IMG/VR virus record: IMGVR_UViG_3300021364_000008
Span: 1 to 64,000 of that record
Direction: 5' to 3' (one strand)
DNA: 64,000 bases
From: a virus
Shown here piece after piece: positions 46,436 through 57,255 of the stretch. Numbering within the stretch: the stretch's first letter is position 1; each line of letters starts with the position of its first letter. The notes beneath the pieces are model-generated. The model did not search any database. It was given only the letters and a program-made list of their open reading frames with translations, and was not told where the DNA came from. A program made the translations under genes and the position numbers.

Positions 46436-48361
46436 ATGCCTCTTAAGAAACCTTCACAATTATTTGAATCACCAAGAAAATTAATCACGGAAGACTATTC
46501 TCCATTAGTTTCTGTATCTCCCGCTGAGAATAATTTTAGTGATACTTTTGAATCATTTAAAGGAAATCTAAATAAGCTTGAAAGTTTAAGTGAGAAAGTA
46601 GAGTCTATTGCGGAATCTTTAAATAATAAGCTATCAAAAAGTGACCTTGATAGCTCATTATTCTCATACTTGGTTATTGTTGATGAAAACTTCAAGAAAT
46701 TGGAGGATAGAGTCAGTGGCCTTAATAAAAAGCACATTAGAGAATTTAAAGAAGATATTTCAAATGCAATTGAAATAGTTGAAGACTTATCAAAAAATCA
46801 GTTTCCAAAATATAAAAGAAAAATTGTAGATACTGAAGTCAAAATCAGTGAAAAATTTAATGTATTTAAAGAAGAAGTAGCGCAAAGTCAAGAAATCGCT
46901 GAAAATAAGATACAAGAAAAGATTAATAATTTCGCTGATGTTGTAGACAATAATTTCTCAATTTTTAATGAAAATATTCAACAAACAAAAAATTATGTTA
47001 ATGAAACAGTAGAAACTTATAAAAAACTTCATAAGATTTTAGAAAATAAAACTGAAAAAGAGAATGAAAGATTAAATGAATATTCATCTGTTCTTGAGAA
47101 CTTTAATAATGATTTCCTTAAGTTTCAAGAGAATATTCAAGAACAAATTAAAGAATATGAAAAAATCAATTCAGTTCTTGATGAAAGATTTGAGTCTTTT
47201 GGAAATGAACTTAATGAGTGGAAAGATAACAATAAAACTGAGTTAGAAAATTTTAAGTCGCAGACAAACAATACAATAGTAGAATTCAAAAGTGATATTG
47301 GCTCATTAAAAGCAGATATTGTTATTTTTGAAAACCACAATAAATCTTTAGTCAGTAAAGTTGATAATTTTCAGGAGAGTCTTGATTCAGTTCAAGAAAA
47401 TTTTTCTGGTCTTGAGACACTAAAAGAAAGTCAAGTAGAACTCAAAGAACATCTAAGTGAGACTAAAAAAGATTTGAATATTGTTGAAAGATACATTCAA
47501 AATCATCATAATGATATTGAAGAACTCAAAGAAGAAGTTTTTACTGAAATTGAAGGTCTTCCTTTTGGAAATATTCAAGAGAACATCCAAAGACTAGAAA
47601 GTAAGATAGACTTCATTCGTGAAACTTATTCAAAAATTGAACCAGAAGTTATTGTAAAAGAAGTTATTAAAGAAGGACTTACCGAACCACCTTCTACAAA
47701 TAATCAAGATCCACTAACTCCATTAGACCAAAACTTTGTTACATTAGATCAATTACAACAGCACTATCGTTTATTTCTCAATCGTATTCAACAACAGTTG
47801 TCCACTTTAGGTGGAGGTGGTGAAACGCAATTAAAATATCTTGATGATATTGTTGGTATTGCAACGAATGCAAGTGCTTATGATGGTAAGTATCTTAAGT
47901 ACAATCATTCTTTAGGAAAGTTTGAGTTTGATAGTGTAGATATTACTAATGATAGTTGGGCTGATGGAATCAATGGACCATATACCAATGGTAGTGTCGG
48001 CATTGGAACCTCTGTTGCAAATTGTGAACTTGATGTTGTTGGTAATGTTTGTGTTACTGGTGTTGTAACTGCAACTGATTTTAATTCTTTGTCTGATTTG
48101 AAACTCAAAGAGAATGTAGAAATCATTGAAAAACCAGTAGATACTATAATGAAAATTGAAGGTGTAAACTTCAATTGGAAAGAGTCTGGTAAATTATCAA
48201 TGGGTGTCATCGCACAACAACTTGAAGAGACACTCCCACAATTAGTATCAGGTGATGAAATCAAGACAGTGAATTATAATGGTCTTGTTGGTTTGCTAAT
48301 TGAAGTTGTAAAAGACCAACAAAAGCAGATTGACGAATTAAAAGATCTTTTAGATAAATAA
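46436..48361 (+). CDS. Long coiled-coil fibre protein with S74 chaperone
   Basis: About 400-aa coiled coil; GGGGE; SDLKLKENV, GVIAQQLE, VNYNGL. Confidence 0.8.
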   Translation: MPLKKPSQLFESPRKLITEDYSPLVSVSPAENNFSDTFESFKGNLNKLESLSEKVESIAESLNNKLSKSDLDSSLFSYLVIVDENFKKLEDRVSGLNKKHIREFKEDISNAIEIVEDLSKNQFPKYKRKIVDTEVKISEKFNVFKEEVAQSQEIAENKIQEKINNFADVVDNNFSIFNENIQQTKNYVNETVETYKKLHKILENKTEKENERLNEYSSVLENFNNDFLKFQENIQEQIKEYEKINSVLDERFESFGNELNEWKDNNKTELENFKSQTNNTIVEFKSDIGSLKADIVIFENHNKSLVSKVDNFQESLDSVQENFSGLETLKESQVELKEHLSETKKDLNIVERYIQNHHNDIEELKEEVFTEIEGLPFGNIQENIQRLESKIDFIRETYSKIEPEVIVKEVIKEGLTEPPSTNNQDPLTPLDQNFVTLDQLQQHYRLFLNRIQQQLSTLGGGGETQLKYLDDIVGIATNASAYDGKYLKYNHSLGKFEFDSVDITNDSWADGINGPYTNGSVGIGTSVANCELDVVGNVCVTGVVTATDFNSLSDLKLKENVEIIEKPVDTIMKIEGVNFNWKESGKLSMGVIAQQLEETLPQLVSGDEIKTVNYNGLVGLLIEVVKDQQKQIDELKDLLDK

Positions 48362-48388
48362 TAATAACCCCTAGTGTAAACGAAGACG

Positions 48389-49579
48389 GTGGCAATTAAA
48401 ATTAAAAATTCTACTATTATTGATGATAGTAGAAATCTAGTTGATGTAGGAATATCAACTATTACTTCTTTAAGTATTGGAAGTACCGAAGTTATAAGTT
48501 CTTCAAGACAACTCAAGAATATTGATTCTCTTGATGCAACGACAACTGCAACTATTGAGAGTGCAATAGCGAATGCTCCAAATACATTTACTGACTTAAA
48601 TGTAACTGGAATTTCAACTCTTAATGTTGTAAGTGCAAATTCACTGAATGTGGTTGGTGTCATAACTGCTGGTGGATTTGATGGTGGTCCACTCTCTGGT
48701 TCCAGTGGTTCTTTTACACAAATTGATGTAAGTGGTATTGGAACAATTGCGACTCTAGATACCAATAACGGAACAATTGATTTCTTATCGGGAACTAACA
48801 TCAATGCTTCTGGTATTGTAACTGCAAATACATTTAGTGGCAATTTAGAAAATACATTAACACTTAATACATCGGGTACTGGACTTTCTGGTTCTACTAC
48901 ATTTAATAATTCTGGTGCTGCTACATTCACTGTAACCTCTAATGCAACCAGTAATAATACTGGTGGAACAATAGTTGCTCGTGATGGCTCTGGTAATTTT
49001 AGTGCTGGTATTATTACTGCAACCAGATTTGTTTCTACACAAACCACAGGAACTGCACCATTTACAGTTTCTTCTACTACTAAAGTCACTAATTTAAATG
49101 CAGATTTATTAGATGGTTATAATACTGCATCTACAAATACTGCGAGTACAGTTGTTATAAGAGATGGTTCAGGTAATTTTAGTGCTGGAACAATTACTGC
49201 AAGTCTTTCTGGTAATGTAGATGCAACAACAGTAGATACTGATGATTTAAATATTGGAACTCAATCAGTCTCTAATACAACAACGACAAACCTTTCTACA
49301 TTATCAGCAACAACGATTGAAAGTTTTGCGATTGCTACTTATCGTTCTGCAAGAGTTCAAGTACAAATCACACAAGGAACTGATTACCAGACAAGTGATG
49401 TATTAATTATACACGATGGTTCTACTGCATCAGTTATTGAATATGCTTCTATTGCGACTGATGATTACTTAGGAACATTTACTGGAGCAGTTTCTGGTGG
49501 TAATTGTTTATTACAGATAAATATGAGTAGTTCATCATCTGCAACTGTGAAAGTTTTGTCTCAACTCATAACAGTCTAA
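48389..49579 (+). CDS. Tail fibre-like structural protein
   Basis: GTG start; G/S/T-rich; RDGSGNFSAG twice; NLNADLLDG. Confidence 0.75.
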   Translation: MAIKIKNSTIIDDSRNLVDVGISTITSLSIGSTEVISSSRQLKNIDSLDATTTATIESAIANAPNTFTDLNVTGISTLNVVSANSLNVVGVITAGGFDGGPLSGSSGSFTQIDVSGIGTIATLDTNNGTIDFLSGTNINASGIVTANTFSGNLENTLTLNTSGTGLSGSTTFNNSGAATFTVTSNATSNNTGGTIVARDGSGNFSAGIITATRFVSTQTTGTAPFTVSSTTKVTNLNADLLDGYNTASTNTASTVVIRDGSGNFSAGTITASLSGNVDATTVDTDDLNIGTQSVSNTTTTNLSTLSATTIESFAIATYRSARVQVQITQGTDYQTSDVLIIHDGSTASVIEYASIATDDYLGTFTGAVSGGNCLLQINMSSSSSATVKVLSQLITV

Positions 49580-49607
49580 ATAGTCTTATAAGGAGTAAGA
49601 AAAGAAG

Positions 49608-51083
49608 ATGGCGAAAAATCGCATTACATTTACTGATGATTTTGTCTTAAGAAATGAACAAGTTGGTATTGGAACGACAAATCCATTTGCAACTTTAACA
49701 GTTGTTGGTGATACTAATATTTCTGGTGTTGTAACTGCATCTTCATTTTCTGGTGATGCATTTAATGCTTATCCATTCTACTCTGGAATCACAAGTTCAG
49801 TTTTTGTATCTCCAACTGGTGTTCTCAATCCGGTTATAGAGTTTCCATCAACTGCAGATAAAAGATACATTATTCACTCAATTAATGTTGCAAATGTAGC
49901 AAGAGTTCAACCACAAGTTGCTGGTGCAACTGTTGATATTGATATGAATGCAGGTGCTGTTACATCACTTACGATTGATGGTGTTGGCGTAGGATATACT
50001 GATGGAGATCTTGGTTCTCCAAGTAATCTTAATGTTTCTTTCGCAACAACTTCTTATGTTGGTGTTGGAACTACTGGTGATCCAGCATACTCTGGTATTA
50101 CAAGTGCATTAGGTTACATTACATCAGTATCTGGTGGTGCTGTGACTGGTGTTGCAATTACTTTTGGTGGATTTGGTTATACTTCTGCTCCTGCCGTAAC
50201 TTTTGACCCACCAGCAGCAGGAGGAACCACAGAAACAGGAACAGCAGTTCTTACTCTTGGAGAAGTCACTGCAGCAAACTTGAATGTTCCTGGTGAAGGT
50301 TATACTGAACCTCCAACGGTTTCTATTGCATCAACAGCAGGAACTGGAGCAGTCATCACAGCAGATGTAGATAGTGATGGAAAGGTTATAAGACTGAATC
50401 TACTTGCACGAGGTTATGGTTATTCTACGAATAATTCTCTTGGAAATAATGAAGAAAACGAAGTTTATATTTCACAACCACCACTTGCTAAAACAGAAGT
50501 TGGTGTTGATGTAGAAATGGATCGTGTTCCTGTTGGTGGTGGAACTACTGTTGCATCATATCTTGCATTTGATGTTCCTATTCCTGTTGGTGGTGTCCTT
50601 GAAGTTCTCAAGCAACCAGCAGTAATGAATCCTGGTGATGTAATGAAAATTCGTGGTATTGATGCTGATGGTTCTGGTCTAAGTGATGCAATTGATGTAT
50701 GTATTTCTTATGAAGAAACTCACGACAATTATATTGGTTATGGAACTGCAACACCAGCAAATGTGGGTCTTGGAACCACTGTTGCAAATATTGGAATCAT
50801 AAGTGCAACAACAAATCCAGTGATGGTACAATCCATAAGACTTACAAATACCGAATTCGTTGGTGATTATGATGTCTCAGTCAAAGTCATCACAGGTGCA
50901 GGACAAACATTCTATCTTGCAAGGAATCTTATGATTCCATCATTCGCATCAGTAGAACTTTGTGATACACCAAAGAGAATTGAAGCAGGTTCTTATATAT
51001 TGATGGACGCAGAAACTGTTGGTATTGATGCGAATGAAGCAAGTACCATAGATATACAAGTATCAGGAAGACAGATTGTATGA
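49608..51083 (+). CDS. Virion structural protein
   Basis: VGIGTTNP; GxGYT..P repeats; TAAATA upstream. Confidence 0.7.
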   Translation: MAKNRITFTDDFVLRNEQVGIGTTNPFATLTVVGDTNISGVVTASSFSGDAFNAYPFYSGITSSVFVSPTGVLNPVIEFPSTADKRYIIHSINVANVARVQPQVAGATVDIDMNAGAVTSLTIDGVGVGYTDGDLGSPSNLNVSFATTSYVGVGTTGDPAYSGITSALGYITSVSGGAVTGVAITFGGFGYTSAPAVTFDPPAAGGTTETGTAVLTLGEVTAANLNVPGEGYTEPPTVSIASTAGTGAVITADVDSDGKVIRLNLLARGYGYSTNNSLGNNEENEVYISQPPLAKTEVGVDVEMDRVPVGGGTTVASYLAFDVPIPVGGVLEVLKQPAVMNPGDVMKIRGIDADGSGLSDAIDVCISYEETHDNYIGYGTATPANVGLGTTVANIGIISATTNPVMVQSIRLTNTEFVGDYDVSVKVITGAGQTFYLARNLMIPSFASVELCDTPKRIEAGSYILMDAETVGIDANEASTIDIQVSGRQIV

Positions 51084-51736
51084 GTATTTTTATAGCATTA
51101 CCTTGTTATGGCGGAGTGGTTTGTGAGAAGACCACAATGAGTTTGTTTAATCTTGGAAAACTCTTTGTAAGAGAAGGAGTACCACACGGATTATTTACAG
51201 TTGCAAATTCTTCTTTGATTAGTCAAGGAAGAAGTAAGATTGCAAACTTCTTTCTAAATAATACAGACCACGAGTACTTGTTCTTCCTTGATAGTGATAT
51301 TGGATTTGATCCAACTTCAGTATTAAAACTTCTAAGTCATCAAAAGGATATTGTCGCAGCACCTTATCCTATGAAATCAATACCATTACGATACAATTAT
51401 AAACTTGCAGTTCCAGAAGAACGACAAGGTGATCTAGTTAAAATAGAACATAATGGTATGGGATTTGTAATGATTCATCGTAAAGTATTTTATGATATTG
51501 CTGCTGCTTATCCTGAACTGAAATATTATCCATCACTTGACGATAGTAATGTAAGACCAAGTGAACAAGAATATCATAACTCTTATCATTACTTTTTGGA
51601 ACATAAGAATGGACCAAGTTTTATGCCTGAGGATATTAGTTTCTTTTGGAGAGCAAGAAGTTTAGGTTATGAATGTTGGTTAGATAAAAGTGTACATCTC
51701 TCACACACTGGATCTCACTTATTTGAGGAACGATAA
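51080..51736 (+). CDS. GT-A fold glycosyltransferase-like protein
   Basis: IALPCYGG, LFFLDSDI, GMGFVMI, PEDISF, HTG. Confidence 0.75.
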   Translation: MSIFIALPCYGGVVCEKTTMSLFNLGKLFVREGVPHGLFTVANSSLISQGRSKIANFFLNNTDHEYLFFLDSDIGFDPTSVLKLLSHQKDIVAAPYPMKSIPLRYNYKLAVPEERQGDLVKIEHNGMGFVMIHRKVFYDIAAAYPELKYYPSLDDSNVRPSEQEYHNSYHYFLEHKNGPSFMPEDISFFWRARSLGYECWLDKSVHLSHTGSHLFEER

Positions 51737-54615
51737 TGCCGCAGACTGGAGTAAGAACTAACATCTTTGGTATTGGTGAAGTTTATGAACTTCAAAGAGA
51801 AGGTCAGTGGGTAGAAAAGAATAGAGAATCTTATAGGGAGTATGGGTATTTTGGTGGATTGAGAAATGGTCTTACAACATATTCTTTTTCAACTAGAATT
51901 GATTATTCTAACGATACATCAACAGCAAATACAAGAGGAAATTTTAATTTAAATAGAAATTATATTGCAGCAACAGGAAACTCTAATTTTGGATATTTTG
52001 GTGGTGGTGGTGCTATTTCTACTATAGAAAGAATAGATTATTCTAATGATTCTGCTTTAGCTAGTATTAGAGGTCCATTAACAATAAGTAGAATTGCTGG
52101 TTCTGCAGTGGGGAACTCTAATTTTGGTTGGTTTATTTGTGGGCAAGTATCAAATGTAGATAGAGTAGATTATGCAAATGACTTAGCAACGGCATCAATA
52201 AGAGGTAATGAATTAGCAGATTTTTCCAGATATTCTTCTTTTGGTAATTCTAATTATGGTTGGAATGGTGGTGGAAATAATGCTGTATTCAATAACCCCA
52301 CATCAATGATAAGAAGAATTGATTACTCTAATGATTTAATTGCGCCAACAATTCGTGGACCATTTAATGGTTTTAGAAGATTATTTGGAGCAACAGGAAA
52401 TTCTAATTTTGGTTATGCTGGTGGTGATTTTGGTGCATCATCAAGAATTGAACGAGTTCAATATTCAAATGATTTGGTAACTGCAAGTATAAGAGGTCCA
52501 TTAAGTTCTGGACGAGGATATTTAACAGCAACTGGAAACTCCAATTTTGGATATTTTAATGGAGGTACTAATGTACCATCACCATCAGTTATAACTTATT
52601 CACTTACAGATCGCATAGATTATTCAAATGATACAGTAACTGCAAGTGTTAGAGGTTCATCTCCTGTACCTCAATCATATCATGCATCAACCTCCTCAGC
52701 ATCATTCGGTGGTGCTCCTGTTTCATATCTTGGAGCACCTTGGACTGATACAAGTCCTTTTGGGTATTTTGGTGGTGGAAACAATCCAGGAGTTCCTGCA
52801 AGTTATTCAACAATAGATCGTGTTGATTATACAAACGATACAAATACTGCAAGTGTTCGTGGTCCATTGACTGAATTAAAATATGGATTAGCAGCAACAG
52901 GAAATTCTAATTTTGGATATTTTGGTGGTGGTCTAAATCCTTTAATTACATATCCATCTACAATAGATCGTTTAGATTATTCAAATGATTCTTCTAACTC
53001 AAGTTCAAGAGGATTTTTAACCTCTGGTAGAACCATATTAGCATCGACAGGAAATTCTAACTTTGGATACTTTGGTGGAGGTTCTCTTGGAACATTATCA
53101 ACTGTAGACAGAATACAATATTCTAATGATACTGCAACTGCATCAACCAGAGGTCCATTAAGTATAGGAAGAAGACAGTTAAGTGCTACAGGAAATTCTA
53201 ATTTTGGATATTTTGGCGGAGGAACTTTTCCCGACTTTTCAACAATAGATCGCATTGATTATTCAAATGATTTATTAACTGCAAGTGCGAGAAATAATCT
53301 TCCAGAAGTACAAAGAGCACTTGCTGCTACAGGAAACTCTAATTTTGGTTATTTTGGTGGAGGTTATACTTCGTTAGTAAGACGATTGGATTATTCAAAT
53401 GATACTTTCCCAATACTTACTAGAGGTTCTATAGCATCAAGAGGTTTAATTTCTGCAACGGGGAATTCAAACTTTGGATACTTTGGTGGAGGTCAATCTG
53501 GTGCTGGACCATTATCAACAGTAGACCGCATAGATTACTCAAACGACACCCAAACAGCATCAGCAAGAGGTCCATTGAGTGTTGCAAGGCAATATTTAGC
53601 AGCAACCTCCTCACAAGCATTTGGAGGTGCTCCAAACACCACCACAGATCCATTACCTGTGTATATAAGAGATGCTACGAAGTTTGATGATTCTAATACA
53701 CTTGATTTACCATTTAAGAGAGTATTGGGGTCTTATGGGTATTTTGGTGGTGGTAGTGTTCCTTCTTTATATTCAACAGTAAATCGCATAGACTATTCTA
53801 ACGATACAACAAATGCATCTGTTAGAGGTTCATTAAGTCAAACTAGATATTCTCACCAGGCAACAGGAAATTCTAACTTTGGTTATTTTGTGGGAGGAAG
53901 AGTTGTTGCAGAACCATCACCTATTGTTTCTTCAAATGATAGAATAAATTATTCAAATGACCTTACATCATCTGTAATAAGAGGACCACTAGCATCTACA
54001 TCTTATTTTACAAATGCAATCAGTTCAAATTCTTTTGGATATTTTGATAGTTTTGGTAATATATCAAAATTTGATTATTCTAATGATAATGCTACATCAA
54101 TACAAAGGTTTGTTAGAGTTAGAAGTCAAAATAGATATGGATTGAGTGGTAATTTGAATTTTGCATATTATGCTGGAGGTGGTGCTGGTGGAGGTGGTGG
54201 TGCAGTATCATTAATAGACAGATTAAATTTCTCAAATGATAGTGGAAATTCTGTTTATAGAGGAAATCTTACTTTTAATAAAAGTGAAACATCAAGTGTT
54301 GGAAATGATAATTTTGGATATGTTGGTGGTGCAAGAAGTCCAAGTCCAACTACCATAACTGCTGTTGATAGAATTGATTATTCAAATGATACAGCAACAG
54401 CAATTTTTAGATTTAATTTAGATAGATTTAGAAATGCCTCAACAGGAAATTCTAACTTTGGATATTTTGCTATGGGTGCTGTAACTGCTGGAAATAGTGT
54501 AAATTCGCAGATATATCGTTTAGATTATTCAAATGATACTTCTGTGGTTGTGAGATCAAACACAACTTATTCTTCTTGGTTTGCAAGAGGAACAACCAAC
54601 GCAAGATCCTCATAA
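51736..54615 (+). CDS. Kelch-like repeat protein 1 (3 x 6 blades)
   Basis: 18 copies of GNSNFGYFGGG..DRIDYSND..RGPL in three groups separated by linkers. Confidence 0.85.
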   Translation: MPQTGVRTNIFGIGEVYELQREGQWVEKNRESYREYGYFGGLRNGLTTYSFSTRIDYSNDTSTANTRGNFNLNRNYIAATGNSNFGYFGGGGAISTIERIDYSNDSALASIRGPLTISRIAGSAVGNSNFGWFICGQVSNVDRVDYANDLATASIRGNELADFSRYSSFGNSNYGWNGGGNNAVFNNPTSMIRRIDYSNDLIAPTIRGPFNGFRRLFGATGNSNFGYAGGDFGASSRIERVQYSNDLVTASIRGPLSSGRGYLTATGNSNFGYFNGGTNVPSPSVITYSLTDRIDYSNDTVTASVRGSSPVPQSYHASTSSASFGGAPVSYLGAPWTDTSPFGYFGGGNNPGVPASYSTIDRVDYTNDTNTASVRGPLTELKYGLAATGNSNFGYFGGGLNPLITYPSTIDRLDYSNDSSNSSSRGFLTSGRTILASTGNSNFGYFGGGSLGTLSTVDRIQYSNDTATASTRGPLSIGRRQLSATGNSNFGYFGGGTFPDFSTIDRIDYSNDLLTASARNNLPEVQRALAATGNSNFGYFGGGYTSLVRRLDYSNDTFPILTRGSIASRGLISATGNSNFGYFGGGQSGAGPLSTVDRIDYSNDTQTASARGPLSVARQYLAATSSQAFGGAPNTTTDPLPVYIRDATKFDDSNTLDLPFKRVLGSYGYFGGGSVPSLYSTVNRIDYSNDTTNASVRGSLSQTRYSHQATGNSNFGYFVGGRVVAEPSPIVSSNDRINYSNDLTSSVIRGPLASTSYFTNAISSNSFGYFDSFGNISKFDYSNDNATSIQRFVRVRSQNRYGLSGNLNFAYYAGGGAGGGGGAVSLIDRLNFSNDSGNSVYRGNLTFNKSETSSVGNDNFGYVGGARSPSPTTITAVDRIDYSNDTATAIFRFNLDRFRNASTGNSNFGYFAMGAVTAGNSVNSQIYRLDYSNDTSVVVRSNTTYSSWFARGTTNARSS

Positions 54616-54642
54616 ATACTCACAACTACATTATCATACACA

Positions 54643-55722
54643 ATGACTATATCAGGTGCAACTGAAACCTCATACGAATATCTTTACGAACACTTTCAAC
54701 CATCACAAGATATTCATATTTCTCATCTTCCACAAGAACTTAAGACCTCAACAAAACCAATTAAGATTCTGTGGGCACATCACGCATACGATCAACAGGT
54801 TTATCAAAACTTCTCACACGAACAAGTTACTCATATCGTAACACCATCAAACTGGGCGAAACAAACACTATCTCATTTTCATAAAATACCAGAGAATAAG
54901 ATCTCAGTCATTCCAAATGGTGTAGATACTCAATATACTTATTCAAACCAAAAACAAAAACAACTGATATATACCTCAATACCTTATAAGGCACTACCAG
55001 TCTTAGCAGCAGTGATTCCTTTGGTACATTCAATTCATCCTGATGCAAAGTTTAAAATCTTTTCATCTATGAGTCTTTATGGTCCACAGAATGATCCTTT
55101 TATTGAACTTTACGATCACCTGAAGACTCTACCAAATGTAGAATACTCAAGGGCAATTGATCGTCAACAACTGATTCAACATTACCAAGAATCTGCATTC
55201 TTTATCAGTCCTTGTATCTGGGAAGAGACTTTTGGTGTTGCTATGTGTGAAGCAATGAGATGTGGTGCATATCCTATCATCACAGACATTGGAGCACTGG
55301 AAGAAGTTGCAGGACCCAATCTTGCAACAGTAGTTCCTATTGAAGGTCAAAGAACTACACAAGGTTATGAAGTCACAGAACGATTTGTGAAGCAGTTTGC
55401 AGAAGCAACTTGTGTAGCATTAGATTACTTTGATAAAGACAGAAAGACTTATGATGAGGTCTCTAAGTCTTGTAGTGATTGGGTTACAAAGCAATATGAT
55501 TGGAAGACTATTGCAGGACTATGGAAGAATCTTACAAAGTCATTACAGGGGCATACAGACACCTCTAGTGAGGTGACTACACCGAACGGAGCGACTGTAA
55601 GGAGCGGTGGTGTTGGATTTGCAAATAAGATCGTAGAAAGAAAAGGTGAGACTTATGTAGAAGATAAGGTAGTAGAAAGTTCGGTTGGGGGTTACTTCAA
55701 CTTTGATAAATACAACAGATGA
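54643..55722 (+). CDS. Glycosyltransferase family 4 (GT-B)
   Basis: VIPNGVD, YTS.P.K, EETFGVAMCEAM..G, GALEE. Confidence 0.85.
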   Translation: MTISGATETSYEYLYEHFQPSQDIHISHLPQELKTSTKPIKILWAHHAYDQQVYQNFSHEQVTHIVTPSNWAKQTLSHFHKIPENKISVIPNGVDTQYTYSNQKQKQLIYTSIPYKALPVLAAVIPLVHSIHPDAKFKIFSSMSLYGPQNDPFIELYDHLKTLPNVEYSRAIDRQQLIQHYQESAFFISPCIWEETFGVAMCEAMRCGAYPIITDIGALEEVAGPNLATVVPIEGQRTTQGYEVTERFVKQFAEATCVALDYFDKDRKTYDEVSKSCSDWVTKQYDWKTIAGLWKNLTKSLQGHTDTSSEVTTPNGATVRSGGVGFANKIVERKGETYVEDKVVESSVGGYFNFDKYNR

Positions 55723-55748
55723 ATAAACACATAGGAATTTGGAGTTTT

Positions 55749-56654
55749 ATGTCTATTTTACCTGAAAACAGTCTTGGTCTTCGTTCTATTGAAGAATTTT
55801 CTCAAGATAAAGATAAAGCAACAGAATACTTGAAGTCAGCATTTGATAATGTCTATAAGTACCACAAACAAGATTGTGAACTCGCTCAGGGTCGTACAAA
55901 CTTTCAGTTAGAGAAGTTTGCTCTTCTTGAGACTTATACACCAGAAACTGCTTACGAAAGTGTTCTCAAGTCTAGAAAACAAATGGGAGAGGGTTTGCTC
56001 ACACTCCTGTTAGATCTCGCTGGGGAAGTAAGATCTTTTGAATATCGTTGGAAAGATAAGGATAAAAATGAACCTATTTTCTGGGAAGAAGCAGCACCCG
56101 CTGGTGGTTCTGGTAAAAAGTTGCTTTGGTTTGATCTTGATGAAATGAGATTGGTTCATAGATTAAAGTCAGCAGAACTTGAGGTTCGTGATCGTCTTTA
56201 TCAAATGGAGCACTTAGAAAAAATGCTTCTTAAATTAAGAGAACAACTAGGTGGGGACTTGAGTAGGGAAAGATTCTTGGAAGCTGAACACAAATATTGG
56301 GAGATTCGCTTCGCAGAGCAATCGGCGGATGAAATTTTGAGTCGTGAAACGGGAATTTCAATCGGCAATATTCATAGTATGAGAAGAGCATCTGCACCTT
56401 CACTTGTTGATGATAGAAATCAATTGAAAGAAGGTTACTTACCAATTACTAAGATGCTTGAGAGTCCACAAGGAAGAATGGAATTTCTTGGAGACCTTCA
56501 ACGCAAAATTGCTGAAGGTTATGAAAATGTAATGGATATTGATCTTGGAACTGGTAGATTTATTCCTGCAGCAGAAAGAAACAAACTTCGTCAACAAAAA
56601 GAACAAGGACAAATTTCTGGTTCTCCAGAAAACACTGAGATTGTTGAGGAATAA
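55749..56654 (+). CDS. Helical hypothetical protein
   Basis: GRTNFQLEKF, KYWEIRF; ATAAA and GGAG upstream of Met 55749; function unknown. Confidence 0.7.
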   Translation: MSILPENSLGLRSIEEFSQDKDKATEYLKSAFDNVYKYHKQDCELAQGRTNFQLEKFALLETYTPETAYESVLKSRKQMGEGLLTLLLDLAGEVRSFEYRWKDKDKNEPIFWEEAAPAGGSGKKLLWFDLDEMRLVHRLKSAELEVRDRLYQMEHLEKMLLKLREQLGGDLSRERFLEAEHKYWEIRFAEQSADEILSRETGISIGNIHSMRRASAPSLVDDRNQLKEGYLPITKMLESPQGRMEFLGDLQRKIAEGYENVMDIDLGTGRFIPAAERNKLRQQKEQGQISGSPENTEIVEE

Positions 56655-56687
56655 ATAATATCGTTCGTGAACCGACAACCAGAACAT

Positions 56688-56716
56688 AAGGACGGGATTT
56701 ACTCTTGTCCTTTTTT
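56688..56716 (+). terminator. Intrinsic terminator
   Basis: AAGGACGGGA/TCTTGTCCTT + T-run. Confidence 0.7.
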
Positions 56717-56748
56717 AATATCTAAATACACCAGAATATAATGATGAA

Positions 56749-57237
56749 ATGAAACATAAGATCCAAATTATAGACAACTTCCTTGACGAACCACTGACCT
56801 ACAAGAACTCCAAAGACCCCAACGCAACACAAGAAATCTCAAATAAGATCGCTCATATCCTCCAAGCAAACATAAAACTCTCCTCATCCTCAAACACACC
56901 AAATCAAATCTTTGCTGATTACTCTTGTGATTTTATTGCGATGCTTTATTTGGACTTTCCAACAGAATGTGTGAATAAAAAAGCAGTATCATTTTGGATG
57001 CATAAAGAAACACAAGATGAAGAACTACCAAATGAAACTAAATTGAAATGGTTAGGACTTCAAAGTGTTGAAGAAATTGAGAAGTGTTATGATGTAAGTA
57101 AAGTTGAGGACTGGGAGAGGTATATGAGTTATTATATCAAATATAATCGCCTGATATTATTTGATGCGAAGATGTTTCATTCCTATGGTGATGAGAGTGA
57201 TTGTAGGAAATTTAATATAGAGATAAATAATTTATAA
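56749..57237 (+). CDS. DUF6445-like (2OG-oxygenase fold) protein, degenerate
   Basis: IIDNFL, YNRLILFD..FHS; lacks the HxD seen in its paralog. Confidence 0.65.
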   Translation: MKHKIQIIDNFLDEPLTYKNSKDPNATQEISNKIAHILQANIKLSSSSNTPNQIFADYSCDFIAMLYLDFPTECVNKKAVSFWMHKETQDEELPNETKLKWLGLQSVEEIEKCYDVSKVEDWERYMSYYIKYNRLILFDAKMFHSYGDESDCRKFNIEINNL

Positions 57238-57255
57238 TAGAGTTTCTGTGTCTAA